This document shows positions 46,402-55,278 of a stretch of 55,278 nt of DNA, one piece after another; within the stretch, counting starts at the first letter, position 1, and every line of letters starts with the position of its first letter. Source of the stretch: Acidimicrobiaceae bacterium (lineage in GTDB: Bacteria; Actinomycetota; Acidimicrobiia; Acidimicrobiales; Bog-793); NCBI GenBank assembly GCA_027459565.1, contig DAIDIA010000263.1:1-55278 (forward strand), given 5' to 3'. The position numbers and the translations under genes were made by a program. The notes under the pieces were generated by a model that was not told the DNA's origin, did no database searches, and saw only the letters and a list, made by a program, of their open reading frames with translations.

Positions 46402-47112
46402 ATGGATATCCTCAGCGATCTCACTCCCACCGGCATTCTGCGAGCCTCGATCAACCTTGGAAACCCGGTGCTGGCCCAAGGCACGGAGACGAACCCGAGC
46501 GGCGTAACTGTCGATATCGCCCGCGAGCTTGGTACCCGGCTCGGTGTTCCGGTTGAACTGCTCCGCTTTCACGCGGCCCGAGAGTCGTTCGAAGCCGTGA
46601 GCCGAGGCAGCGCCGACATCTGCTTTTTGGCCATCGAGCCTGCCCGAGCGGAGACCATCGCGTTCACCGCGCCTTATGTAGTAATTGAGGGAGTGTTCGT
46701 CGTTGCAGAGGGCTCGTGCATAACTTCGCCGACGGACGTGGACCAGCCCGGCGTGCGCATTGGGGTCAACGAGGGCTCCGCTTACGATTTATTCCTCTCC
46801 CGCACCCTGACCCACGCGCAACTCGTGCGCGCCAGCGATGGCGTCCTAGCGTTCACCGAACATCAGTTGGAAGCCACAGCCGGCATTCGCCAGCCGATGG
46901 AGGCGTTCGTCGCTTCCCATCGTGGCCTTCGGCTGGTCGAGCCGCGGTTCATGGAGATTCAGCAGGCTGTCGGCACCCCGCGAATCCGTCAAGTCGCGAC
47001 GATCAGTTTCCTTCATACGTTTGTCGAGGAGCTCAAGGCCGACGGGTTTATCGCCAATGCCCTGTATCGCTCTGGCCAGTATGATGCGAGCGTTGCTCCC
47101 CCGGCTGCGTGA
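46402..47112 (+). CDS. type-3 solute-binding-protein-fold protein without signal peptide
   Basis: MDILSDLTPTGILRASINLGNPVLA...GVTVDIARELGTRLGVPVELL...ADICFLAIEPARAETIAFTAPYV is the SBP_bac_3 pattern. The N-terminus has no hydrophobic leader and no lipobox. Confidence 0.7.
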   Translation: MDILSDLTPTGILRASINLGNPVLAQGTETNPSGVTVDIARELGTRLGVPVELLRFHAARESFEAVSRGSADICFLAIEPARAETIAFTAPYVVIEGVFVVAEGSCITSPTDVDQPGVRIGVNEGSAYDLFLSRTLTHAQLVRASDGVLAFTEHQLEATAGIRQPMEAFVASHRGLRLVEPRFMEIQQAVGTPRIRQVATISFLHTFVEELKADGFIANALYRSGQYDASVAPPAA

Positions 47113-47632
47113 TCAATGAGGGCGCGTCGGATCTGTTCTCCTCGTTTGGGGCTCCTGATCTAAAAGTGCTGCCCAAGAAGCACCTGATGTCCATCGGGCG
47201 ACCCAAGTCACTCACATCCTCATCGCCATTCCGAATAGATCTGATCTGGCGTCCGTAAAGTGCCGCAGTGGAGCAGTCGCAAATACAGAACGTCGCTCTG
47301 ATTGGAAGTAGCTTTGCCGAGTCTGTCGCGCCAGATCGACGGTTATTTCGCTGAATAGCGACACAAAGACCGAGCCAAACGGGATTCGAGCGGGCACCGT
47401 TGGACGACTCTGTGGGGAGTTGGTGTAACAGTCGGCAAAATAGTCATCAGGGAACATCTCATGGCATGCTCGGTCACGAGCCTCTAGATCGAACCGTCTT
47501 TCAGACGATCACCAAGTACGGCGACAGGATCATCGAAGCGACGCCGCTTATCGGAAGTTCCAGGGGCGATGCATGAATTCTCTCAAGGTGGTGCACAGAT
47601 CGCGAATCGAGAGCCGACTCAATCAGCGATCA

Positions 47633-48796
47633 CTAGTCCCGAACGTCCTGGATGAACCAGGTCAGTGGCAACGTCCAACCCACGCCCTGTTCCAAGGCTC
47701 GTCTCCACACCAACGATCCGACGGCGGCGAACTGAAGACCTTGCGTGCCCGTAGTCACAAAGAGCGTCACCTCTTTGTCGGAGGTCCGTCCGAAAGCTAC
47801 GTTGCGCTGGACCTCGATGAACGATGGCCAATCTTCCTCTGACACCGGCTTGCTCTTTGGAATACGACTTCGCTCTTCCTCGGTTCCGCTGATATAGGAG
47901 GCGATGCCACCACCAGTCCAGGAAAGCTCCGGGATGACGTCGGTCCGCGGCAGGCTGTGCGTTCCGAGCTGGACGACACGATCGGCTCGTTCGATGAGAT
48001 CCTTGCCAAGTTCTCGTCGCGTCACGCACGTCACATGCGTACCAGGCGCAACCCAACCTTGATCAAACGTCGGTCCAGCGGAATCTGTCGCCGTTGCGAC
48101 GATGTCATGTGACCTCACTGCCTCTTCAGCGCTGCGCACCGGTGTCACCTCGATGCCGAGTTCCTCAGCCATCTCCTTTGCGAACGACTCTCGATGCGAC
48201 GCTGTTGGGCTGAACACCGAGACGTGTTCAAGCGGTCGCACATGGCTGATCGCTATGAGGTAGCTCCGAGCCATCCCACCAGAGCCGAGCAATCCAAGCG
48301 TGGTCGCATCACGGCGCGCGAGGAGGTCCGCACCAATTCCCGCGGCTGCTCCAACACGGACATGCTGAATGTAGCCGTCTTGCATAACGCACACAGGTGC
48401 ACCATCTTCGCTCGAGAAGAGGAACACCAGCCCGCAGAACGTACCATCTGCGATGCAGTGCTTCTCCCACGTTTGTCCGCCGGGCCACGTCGCAATGTCG
48501 GACTTCATCCGTACGGCGACGACGCCAGCAGACATGCTTGCGCCAGCCATGCTCCCCCATTGGTGATAGTCATCAGACCGTCCGGTCGGCACGAAGAGGT
48601 CGACACGCGGAATATAGGTTGCATTCCCATCTTTGAGATCAAGGTACGAGGCGCGCAGCGCCTCGATTGCGGAACCCATATCGAGGAGACGCTCTACATG
48701 ATTGTTGATCAACCACAGCACCTTCCGATCACCAACGACATCCCTGACAATCGCCGGGACCAAATCATCTTCGGTCTTTTCCATCCCAACCCCCAC
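47633..48796 (-). CDS. ornithine cyclodeaminase / mu-crystallin family protein
   Basis: 387 aa. The N-terminal region includes ALRASYLDLKDG. Rossmann motif LGLLGSGGMARSY. The start is uncertain (GTG 48796 or ATG 48784). Confidence 0.8.
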   Translation of the reverse strand: MGVGMEKTEDDLVPAIVRDVVGDRKVLWLINNHVERLLDMGSAIEALRASYLDLKDGNATYIPRVDLFVPTGRSDDYHQWGSMAGASMSAGVVAVRMKSDIATWPGGQTWEKHCIADGTFCGLVFLFSSEDGAPVCVMQDGYIQHVRVGAAAGIGADLLARRDATTLGLLGSGGMARSYLIAISHVRPLEHVSVFSPTASHRESFAKEMAEELGIEVTPVRSAEEAVRSHDIVATATDSAGPTFDQGWVAPGTHVTCVTRRELGKDLIERADRVVQLGTHSLPRTDVIPELSWTGGGIASYISGTEEERSRIPKSKPVSEEDWPSFIEVQRNVAFGRTSDKEVTLFVTTGTQGLQFAAVGSLVWRRALEQGVGWTLPLTWFIQDVRD

Positions 48797-49225
48797 TCTG
48801 TCAAAGTCTTGCTAGGTGCCAACCAATAGGACTTGAACGCTCGAAAGTGTCGCTAGTTTCTTCGAGCGTCACTCCAGATATCCGGGTACGAAGTTTTTAG
48901 CGGTTTTGCGTTCTAAATCGATCAGATTGAAAACAGGCACCTCTTCAAGCTAGATCGTGAGGTCGGAAGTTCCTAGGACTGATTTGACCCATTTGTTATT
49001 CATCGAAATCGAGTTGCATCTCAAATGATGGTGTAACCCCATTTGACTGCCATCAGAGTGCCGAGCCGCGGCACGCGCAGGCACATATTGTGAGTGCCGA
49101 AAATCTCGAAACATCAGGGCGCAGAGAATGCACAACGACGGCTCTGCGTTGGAGTTAATTCGGCGTTCTGGGATGTAAGCGTCTCTTGACTTCACGACCT
49201 GGCAGGTTGAAGGTTTGACCCAGAC

Positions 49226-49657
49226 CTAGGGCGCCATCGGGGTGGCAATCATCCAACGAATGCCGAAACGGTCGAGACACGTCGACCAGTAGGAACCCCA
49301 GGGTTGATCGGCAGGCGCGTTCTCTTCCACCCCTGAGGCGAGTCCCGCGTAGAGGCGGTCAACTTCTTCCTTGGTATCGACCTCAACCATGATTGTTGTG
49401 TTGTTTCCAACCCGGCACTCCATGCTCATTGAAAGGAGCATGTCAGTGGCCATGAGAATGTGACCGTTGGTGATCTCCAGCTCCATGTGCATGATGCGCT
49501 TTGCATCCTCCGCCGAAAGCTCAGGACCGCCGGGTATCGGCATGTCCCCGAAGCGAATGATTGGGCCAACGAAGGCAGTGCCGAAGAGGTCGCGATAGGC
49601 CGTAAAGGCTTCCTCGGTGTTGCCTTGAAAGTTCAAGTACGTGCACACACGCGCCAT
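49226..49657 (-). CDS. VOC-family (glyoxalase/PhnB-like) protein
   Basis: The ATG at 49657 is preceded by GGAG. MARVCTYLNFQGNTEEAFTAYRDLFG...IMHMELEI...ILMATD...QPWGSYWSTCLDRFGIRWMI is the PhnB/3-demethylubiquinone-methyltransferase-like VOC pattern. Confidence 0.8.
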   Translation of the reverse strand: MARVCTYLNFQGNTEEAFTAYRDLFGTAFVGPIIRFGDMPIPGGPELSAEDAKRIMHMELEITNGHILMATDMLLSMSMECRVGNNTTIMVEVDTKEEVDRLYAGLASGVEENAPADQPWGSYWSTCLDRFGIRWMIATPMAP

Positions 49658-49906
49658 TGCTTCTCCGATCGAAGTCAAGTGTGCAGAGTGTACAGGACGA
49701 GCGACTCATCGATTCGTGCGGGCGTACGGAAACGGCATGCTGCCTGTAGTACAGCTCCACATGTCTTATCGATCCGGGGGACTGGGGGTACCAACGCATG
49801 CCTATGGCTCATAACGGGTTCCGACACCTCCGGGCCTTGGCAAATATTGCTGGTCGCAATATTTGCCAATTTTTCTTAACGCCAACGCGAGTCGTGAACT
49901 TGCCGT

Positions 49907-50314
49907 TCAACCTGCAAGCAGCTGTTGGACTCGCTGGTGGGAGATACCAAGGAGGTCGGCGGTATCGCGTCGGCTGAGCCCCATTTCCGTAAGGTGATGT
50001 GCAGCTTTGGTCGTAACATCGTGCGCGTCCGAGCCTGCCTCAATCGCCTCGTTCACCGTCGTCGTCGGGCCCCAGCGTCGTGGACCTTCGGTAATGGGTG
50101 TCAGCTTTTCCTTCTGCCGCACGACGAGTTTGGCGAGCTCGAGCTCAGCCTGGCGTCGCGTCCCCTTGAAGGCGGACTGTTGGTGGTGAACCCGACCGTG
50201 GCGGTCTCGTCCGACGTAGATGCGTAGCTCGCAGATGTTTAGCTCACGCCTGAGCCTGATGCTTCCGGCGATGTTCTTTCCCGTGTCATTCCAACTTGTT
50301 GGGCTTTGTGTCAC
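49907..50314 (-). pseudogene. truncated tyrosine-integrase remnant (N-terminal arm-binding-like segment only) joined to an HTH-containing tail
   Basis: ELRIYVGRDRHGRVHHQQSAFKGTRRQAELELAKLV matches the N-terminal pattern of actinobacterial phage-type integrases. No core-binding or catalytic R..HxxR..Y region follows. The tail LSRRDTADLLGISHQRVQQLL is a helix-turn-helix. It lies 50 nt from the tRNA 3' end. Confidence 0.55.
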
Positions 50315-50363
50315 CGGGAAAGCGATGGCTCTTAATCCGGAGGCTCTCTAAATGTTGACCTAC

Positions 50364-50437
50364 AGTTTTGCAGTGCGCTCGGAGGAATTCGAATCCCCAA
50401 CCTTCTGATCCGTAGTCAGATGCTCTATCCAATTGAG
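50364..50437 (-). tRNA. tRNA-Arg (anticodon ACG)
   Basis: Reverse complement folds as a cloverleaf: acceptor GCGCTCG/CGAGCGC, D-arm GCTC-AATTGGATA-GAGC, anticodon arm TCTGA-CTACGGA-TCAGA (ACG at 50401-50403), variable AGGTT, T-arm GGGGA-TTCGAAT-TCCTC, discriminator A. 74 nt; CCA is not encoded. Confidence 0.9.
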
Positions 50438-50478
50438 CTACGAGCGCGCGCCACGTTCTTCTTTAACGGCTCCACACT

Positions 50479-51831
50479 CTAGTCCGGCTGAGATAGCTCG
50501 GGCTCTTCACGCCGAGCAGAGCGCAGCCGCATTTGACGCCCCGGCCGTGGCTGCTCGGTGGGCAGGACAGCTTCGGTTGACCGGGTCTCTGGCATCTTGA
50601 AAAGAACCAGTAGCGCCACCGCCGCGGCCGACCCGCCAACAAAGAGAAACGATGCTCCATAGCTCACCGCACCGGCGAGAGCGGCGAAAATGACTGGAGA
50701 AAGGGCGACCCCTCCCTGGCCGGTGAAGCGCCACAGCCCCAGGAATTTTCCGCGTACCTCGCGAGGGGCGACGTCGGCGCCGATGGTCTGCACCGCACCG
50801 TTGGTGATCCCCTGACACAGCGAGGCGACGAGGAAGACAATGACGTAGTCGACAGTTGAGAGGTTGAAGAACGCGATGAGCGCGAGACCAACCATCGTGA
50901 AGCACACACCGGAATATCCCGGAATCATCGTGCGGCGCCGGCCATAGCGGTCCATGACCCAGCCGGTGACGAATCCGACCGGCAGCATGATCCCGGCCGA
51001 GGCGGCAGCGAGGTAACCGACCTCGCTCGGGTTCATGTGATAGCGGAATGCGGCGTAGATGTTGAGCAGTCCTGCCTGCATCGGGCCACGCGAGAACGCG
51101 CCGAAGAGTGCGATCGCGAAATAGTTCGCGTACGTCGATACGAGGTGACGATAGGTGAAGGGTCGCGGCGATTTCGCGATCGAGCCGGTCTGTGTCGAAG
51201 AGGTCGTCGAACGTTTTCTTGGGGTGTCTCCGATGTAGCGATAGGCCGGGACCAACGACAGCAGCGAGAGCATGCCATAGGCAACGAATGGCGAACGAAT
51301 ACCCCATGAGGTCGCCATGAAACCGCCGATGAGCGGCCCCAGCGCGCGGCCCGAGTTGTCCATTCCGAAGAGCCAGCTGATCTGGCGTCCGCGCTGGTCT
51401 GGCGACGAGCCATGCGAGATTCCGGTGATCCGCCCCATCATCCACAACTGCGTGGCGAAACCGTCGGCGAAGCGCAGGGCGAGAAGCTGCGGGTAAGAGC
51501 GGGCAAAGACAACCGCGAAGGCCATCAATGCCGTGAGGATCGGGCCCGAAAGCATGATGCGCCGGCGACCGAAGCGGTCGATAAGCCAACCCGCCGGCAG
51601 GGCGCCCGCGACGTTGCCGATGAGGAACGAGGTGGTGACCCCTGTCGCGACGGCGAAGCTGACGTGGAACGAACGGGCGATTGCCGGAATCGCCGGAATC
51701 GCGATGCCGGTACCCATTGCGAGGATCAACGCGGGGAGATAGGTGGAGTTGAAGGCTGCGAGTGACCAAGCCTTCATGTTCTCGTCGGGCGCGGTCGCCC
51801 GTCGGGATCTCGTTGTCTCGCTGGTTCCCAT
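50479..51831 (-). CDS. MFS transporter (12-TMS type)
   Basis: GWLIDRFGRRR (motif A), repeated hydrophobic helices, and a second-half motif VMDRYGRRR. The start is uncertain (ATG 51831 favoured; 51927 and 51777 are alternatives). Confidence 0.85.
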   Translation of the reverse strand: MGTSETTRSRRATAPDENMKAWSLAAFNSTYLPALILAMGTGIAIPAIPAIARSFHVSFAVATGVTTSFLIGNVAGALPAGWLIDRFGRRRIMLSGPILTALMAFAVVFARSYPQLLALRFADGFATQLWMMGRITGISHGSSPDQRGRQISWLFGMDNSGRALGPLIGGFMATSWGIRSPFVAYGMLSLLSLVPAYRYIGDTPRKRSTTSSTQTGSIAKSPRPFTYRHLVSTYANYFAIALFGAFSRGPMQAGLLNIYAAFRYHMNPSEVGYLAAASAGIMLPVGFVTGWVMDRYGRRRTMIPGYSGVCFTMVGLALIAFFNLSTVDYVIVFLVASLCQGITNGAVQTIGADVAPREVRGKFLGLWRFTGQGGVALSPVIFAALAGAVSYGASFLFVGGSAAAVALLVLFKMPETRSTEAVLPTEQPRPGRQMRLRSARREEPELSQPD

Positions 51832-52264
51832 TTCGGTCCCTTGGCTCGCGGCTGTCGCCGTCAGCGGCAAATGCCCTGAGGGCACGTTAGTGTCGGTCGC
51901 GACGACCGGGCGAAACATCGCGAGCACGGAAAGCTCCGGATCAAAGTTTCGATGTCCGGAGCATCCTCTCGACGTGATGCGGGCACATCGAATGGGTCCG
52001 GGGCCGCTCTCTGTTCGAGCCGCCGACTCCTGGAGGCCCGGTATCTCTCGTTAGGAATCGTCAGAGTGCACGCGTGACATTACGGATGGTGCGAGTCCGT
52101 GGTCGCATAGCTAACCGTGGGAGTTTCCCTTATCGCATCCAAAGGGTCGGATTCGGTAGATATCCGCGTATCCCCGCCGGAATTGAGAGAAGTATGACGA
52201 GCGCGTCGGGGAATATGACGAAACCCGACTCATTGTGTGAATGGCCCGAGCCAATTGAGCAACA

Positions 52265-53329
52265 ATGTTGACTATGACTCGAATCCAAGACATTTCCATC
52301 CGTTCTTTCCGGTCGCGTTCGCGAGTGCTCTCTGGCGCGCTCATGGCGCTGGCTGGTTTCGCATTTGCATCGGGAGCGACGGCTGCCACGAGACCACATG
52401 CAAAGGCAGACGCAGTCAAGTCGAATAGTTCTCTCTCTGGTTCGATAACTGTCGACGCAGCGCTGACCACCCAAGGTGGTGCGGGCTTTGCAAATGCCTT
52501 CAAGCTGATGTATCCCAACATCAAGGTCACGATGGTGACCGCAGGCACGGGAAGCCTTGAGACCCAGCTCGCGGCGCAGCAGGCAACGGGGCACATCCTC
52601 GCGGACGTTGTCCTGTTCGCCGATCCCACGGACATGGACACGATCGCCGCGAAGGGAATTCTCGGATCATGGAAACCTTCATTGGCGGGCCGCAAAGTTC
52701 CCGTTGGCTACTCGGGCAAGGACTGGGTCGGAGCCTTTACCTTCGAGACGGTCATGGTCGAGCATCCCGGAATGGCGAATCCTCCGCAGAAATGGACGGA
52801 TCTGACGAGTGCCGCGCTCAAGGGTCAGCTTGCAATCGGCAGTGCGAGCTATTCCGGAACGACCTTTGGGTGGGCGGCGGAGCTCCACACGCTTTACGGA
52901 TGGAACTATTTCAAGACGCTCAAGGCAAACGGTGTCCGCGTCGAGCAGTCAACGACAACGACCGGTACCGACGTCGCGAGCGGCAAGGTACTTGTTGGAG
53001 TGACGCTTGACAGTGTCGCTCGGAGTCTTCTGGCGCAACACGCGAACATCAATGTCGTCTGGCCAAAGGACGGCACGGTTCCGTGCCCTGCGACGGTCGG
53101 AATAACCAAGGGCACCGCAAACGCGGCTGCAGCAAAGGCCTTTGTGAACTGGCTCGTCTCGCGACAGGGCCAGATCGAAGCAGCGAAACTCGGATACGAC
53201 GCCGCCTATTTTGGCGCTATGCCTGCCTATCCCATGCCAAAGCACGAGAAGCAACTGGTTGTGAACTGGAATCGGATCACGAAGAACCAGGCTTCGATCC
53301 TCAGTGGCTTCTCCGGCATTTTTGGGTAG
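52265..53329 (+). CDS. ABC transporter substrate-binding protein (Fe(III)/FbpA-like, family 1)
   Basis: Signal peptide VLSGALMALAGFAFASGATAA. SLSGSITVDAALTTQGG, ADVVLFADP, and SYSGTTFGW. It is followed by a two-domain permease gene and an ATPase gene. Confidence 0.8.
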   Translation: MLTMTRIQDISIRSFRSRSRVLSGALMALAGFAFASGATAATRPHAKADAVKSNSSLSGSITVDAALTTQGGAGFANAFKLMYPNIKVTMVTAGTGSLETQLAAQQATGHILADVVLFADPTDMDTIAAKGILGSWKPSLAGRKVPVGYSGKDWVGAFTFETVMVEHPGMANPPQKWTDLTSAALKGQLAIGSASYSGTTFGWAAELHTLYGWNYFKTLKANGVRVEQSTTTTGTDVASGKVLVGVTLDSVARSLLAQHANINVVWPKDGTVPCPATVGITKGTANAAAAKAFVNWLVSRQGQIEAAKLGYDAAYFGAMPAYPMPKHEKQLVVNWNRITKNQASILSGFSGIFG

Positions 53330-53371
53330 CCGTCGCAACGAGGTACGTCGTTTCGATACAAAGGAGCTCTC

Positions 53372-55042
53372 ATCGAACGTCCGCTGAATCGTCTTCGGAC
53401 GGGAGGTCTGTTTTTCGCAGCCCTCCTTCTCGTCGGATATCCGCTCTTTGAGCTCTTCCGCTCCGCGCTCGCCGGACCCTCGGGGCCGAGCGGCGCGTGG
53501 CACACGATCGCCACACGCCCGGTTGCAATGGCACTCGTGCATACTGTTGAGGTTTCTGCAGGCGCGACCGTTCTCGCGACCTTGTTGGGCGTTGCCATGG
53601 CCCTTCTCGTTGCAAGGAGCGACCTGCCATTGCGACGCTGGTTCGCCGGCGCATGGGTCGCGCCTCTGATCATTCCGGCATATGTCACCGGACTCGCCTG
53701 GTTGGATGCCTATACACGGGCCGGTCTGACCGACCAGGTGGCCCATCTCTCTGCAGGCTGGATCATCGGACCAGTGGGAGTCGCGTTGTTGCTGGGCCTT
53801 CAAGGTGCTCCGCTTGCCTATCTCTTGATCCTCGCAGCGCTGAGCTCCGGCCGCATTGGAGAACTCGAAGATGCGGCGCGTATCTCTGGCCGCCCGCCCG
53901 CAAGCGTCCTCTGGGAGATCACGCTCCCGCTCGTCAAGACGGCGATCATGGGTTCGATGTTGCTGGTCTTCGTGAGTTCGGCATCAGACTTCGGCATTCC
54001 GGCAATCCTTGCGATTCCCGCGAGCTATTCGACGGTGACGACGCTGATCTACTCGGATCTCAGTTTCGCCGGCGGCACGCACGCGATTGCCTCCGCGAGT
54101 TCGCTCTCGGCGGTACTTGGGCTGTTGGCGATCGTGCTGCTCTTCACCTCCAATCGAGTCTCCCGGACCGCTTCGGGGGCTTCGAGATCGAGCGGCCATG
54201 GTGGTTCCGCCCGACCGCTCATCGCATTCGGGCGCTTCCGCAGTCTTGTCATGACGGGTTGGCTTGTGATCCTCGTATTCACCACGGTTTTGCCACTCAT
54301 TGCGCTCTACGTCACCTCTGTCAGCCCAGCTTTCCGCCTCGAACTCGTCCCGACCCACTGGGTGGCAAGTGCATACGTCGAGGCTCTCTCCGGTGCGAAT
54401 ATCGCGGCGCTCGGTCGCAGCGCATTGATTGCCGCGGCCGCCGCGGCGATCGTCGCAACGGGCGGCGCACTCGTGGCGCTCTGGAACTGTCGACCAAGCC
54501 GGCTCGCGACACTTGTCTCGACGTTGCTCGCGCTTCCGTTCGCGCTTCCCGGTTCGGTTGTCGCGATTGCGATCTTGCTCGCCTGGGAACGCTGGCTCTA
54601 TGGAAGTCTCTTCATCATCCTGATCGCCTATGTCGCCCGGTTTGCCGTGATCGGAGTACGCACCTCTGCGGTGACGGTGGGTAGCATTTCCGATGACCTC
54701 GTCCACGCCGCTCGAGCGAGCGGAGCAACGGCCCGTCGTGCATCGCGTGACGTGATCTGGCCCGTTCTCGTTCCGGGAATCGGGACAGCGTTCGCTATTG
54801 TCTTCCTCTTGGGAATTCACGAGCTGACGATGTCTTCGCTTCTGTACGGACCATCCACGCAGACCTTTGCCGTCTCCGTGCTCGCCTCCGAAGAGGCGGG
54901 CCAGACCGCACTCACCGCATCCCTCGCGATGGTCGTAACGCTGATCACGGGCATCGTCTCCGGAATCGCCCTCTTCGCAAGATCGAGTCGGAAGATCGTC
55001 GCGGCTGAAGCCGGTATCGAGGTGCCGCCGTGGCAAACCTGA
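53372..55042 (+). CDS. ABC transporter permease, two-module FbpB-like (probable non-canonical ATC/CTG start)
   Basis: Two EAA-loop modules ([21 protein letters not shown] and [21 protein letters not shown]). The first canonical start (ATG 53528) would delete a well-formed first TM helix ([21 protein letters not shown]) encoded in frame at 53399-53461. AAGGAG at 53361-53366 sits 5 nt before ATC 53372. The exact start is unproven. Confidence 0.75.
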   Translation: MERPLNRLRTGGLFFAALLLVGYPLFELFRSALAGPSGPSGAWHTIATRPVAMALVHTVEVSAGATVLATLLGVAMALLVARSDLPLRRWFAGAWVAPLIIPAYVTGLAWLDAYTRAGLTDQVAHLSAGWIIGPVGVALLLGLQGAPLAYLLILAALSSGRIGELEDAARISGRPPASVLWEITLPLVKTAIMGSMLLVFVSSASDFGIPAILAIPASYSTVTTLIYSDLSFAGGTHAIASASSLSAVLGLLAIVLLFTSNRVSRTASGASRSSGHGGSARPLIAFGRFRSLVMTGWLVILVFTTVLPLIALYVTSVSPAFRLELVPTHWVASAYVEALSGANIAALGRSALIAAAAAAIVATGGALVALWNCRPSRLATLVSTLLALPFALPGSVVAIAILLAWERWLYGSLFIILIAYVARFAVIGVRTSAVTVGSISDDLVHAARASGATARRASRDVIWPVLVPGIGTAFAIVFLLGIHELTMSSLLYGPSTQTFAVSVLASEEAGQTALTASLAMVVTLITGIVSGIALFARSSRKIVAAEAGIEVPPWQT

Positions 55043-55077
55043 GCGGCGCGCAAAGCGATCTTCAATCACCAGGAAGG

Positions 55078-55278
55078 GTGCAGACCCCCGGTACGCCCGC
55101 AGTCGAGCTCCGCGGTGTCTCCCTCGCCTATCACGGTCATGCCGTACTGCGTGACATCGATCTTCTGGTCGAGCCCGGCGAGATTGTCGCGATAGTCGGT
55201 CCCTCGGGAAGCGGGAAGTCGAGTCTGTTGCGGGCACTCGGTGGATTCCTCGATCCCTCTGCCGGCTCGCTGCTCATC
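55078..55278 (+). CDS. ABC transporter ATP-binding protein, N-terminal fragment (runs off the right edge)
   Basis: GTG at 55078 after [64 protein letters not shown] contains Walker A GPSGSGKS. It is open-ended and not in the ORF track. Confidence 0.85.
   Translation, partial: MQTPGTPAVELRGVSLAYHGHAVLRDIDLLVEPGEIVAIVGPSGSGKSSLLRALGGFLDPSAGSLLI

Larger units (their letters stand above)
43834..50407. mobile_element. degenerate ~6.5-kb genomic island integrated at tRNA-Arg(ACG)
   Basis: Bounded by the 37-bp direct repeats. An integrase remnant lies next to the tRNA 3' end. The sequence is visibly more A/T-rich than the flanks, with several 400-500-bp ORF-free gaps. The cargo is unrelated to the neighbouring genes. 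Confidence 0.6.

Noticed and set aside
51928-52264. Possible TPP or other riboswitch upstream of the FbpA/ThiB-like ABC importer.
   Set aside because: I looked for the CUGAGA...ACCUGAUC...GGGA core of the TPP element and found only a TGAGAG and an ACCCGA with the wrong context. No convincing match by eye; an Infernal scan would settle it.
53327-53329. TAG read-through producing an SBP-permease fusion, since both ORFs are in the same frame.
   Set aside because: The SBP has a cleavable-looking signal peptide and would be extracytoplasmic. The segment after the TAG is Arg-rich (positive-inside) ahead of TM1, so a fusion would invert the permease topology. A separate AAGGAG SD at 53361-53366 fits independent initiation.
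1-55278. CRISPR arrays, rRNA genes, intact IS elements/transposases, and known defence-system genes.
   Set aside because: I saw no regularly spaced repeats, no rRNA-like sequence, no transposase motifs (DDE or serine recombinase), and no recognisable restriction, Cas, abortive-infection or toxin domains in any of the six frames.

Overview
High-GC chromosomal segment that looks like Actinomycetota. The hints are F420-type enzymes (a Ddn/DUF385 nitroreductase and an LLM oxidoreductase), a MarP-like CvpA-trypsin protease, and many GTG/TTG starts. I did not compute GC or run any search; all calls rest on reading the translated ORFs and the DNA. I support about 48 protein genes and one tRNA, and found no rRNA, CRISPR array or intact IS element. 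No classical transcription-factor gene is visible in the 55 kb. Most genes are ordinary accessory metabolism or transport:
- pobA and a 4,5-dihydroxyphthalate-decarboxylase-like gene
- an MFS / amidohydrolase_2 / Zn-ADH row
- two aldo/keto reductases, three SDRs and three MFS pumps
- putA, alkB and a DEAD-box helicase
- a cell-wall gene pair
- an Fe(III)-type ABC importer at the right edge
The most interesting findings are:
1. A four-gene, translationally coupled operon at 38970-41890. It encodes an orphan 131-aa protein plus three paralogous proteins, each a tandem duplication of the YbjQ/UPF0145 (DUF74) domain, so six domains in total. This is my best candidate for an undescribed system.
2. 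A visibly AT-richer island of about 6.5 kb (43834-50407) inserted at tRNA-Arg(ACG). It is bounded by a 37-bp imperfect direct repeat of the tRNA 3' half, carries a decayed integrase, and has Rieske-oxygenase / ornithine-cyclodeaminase cargo.
3. An ABC permease whose first transmembrane helix lies upstream of any ATG/GTG/TTG codon, which implies a non-canonical start.
4. A 7-codon uORF with a strong Shine-Dalgarno sequence, coupled by an ATGA overlap to an L,D-transpeptidase gene.
5. An ORF-poor gap of about 1 kb next to putA that looks like gene decay.
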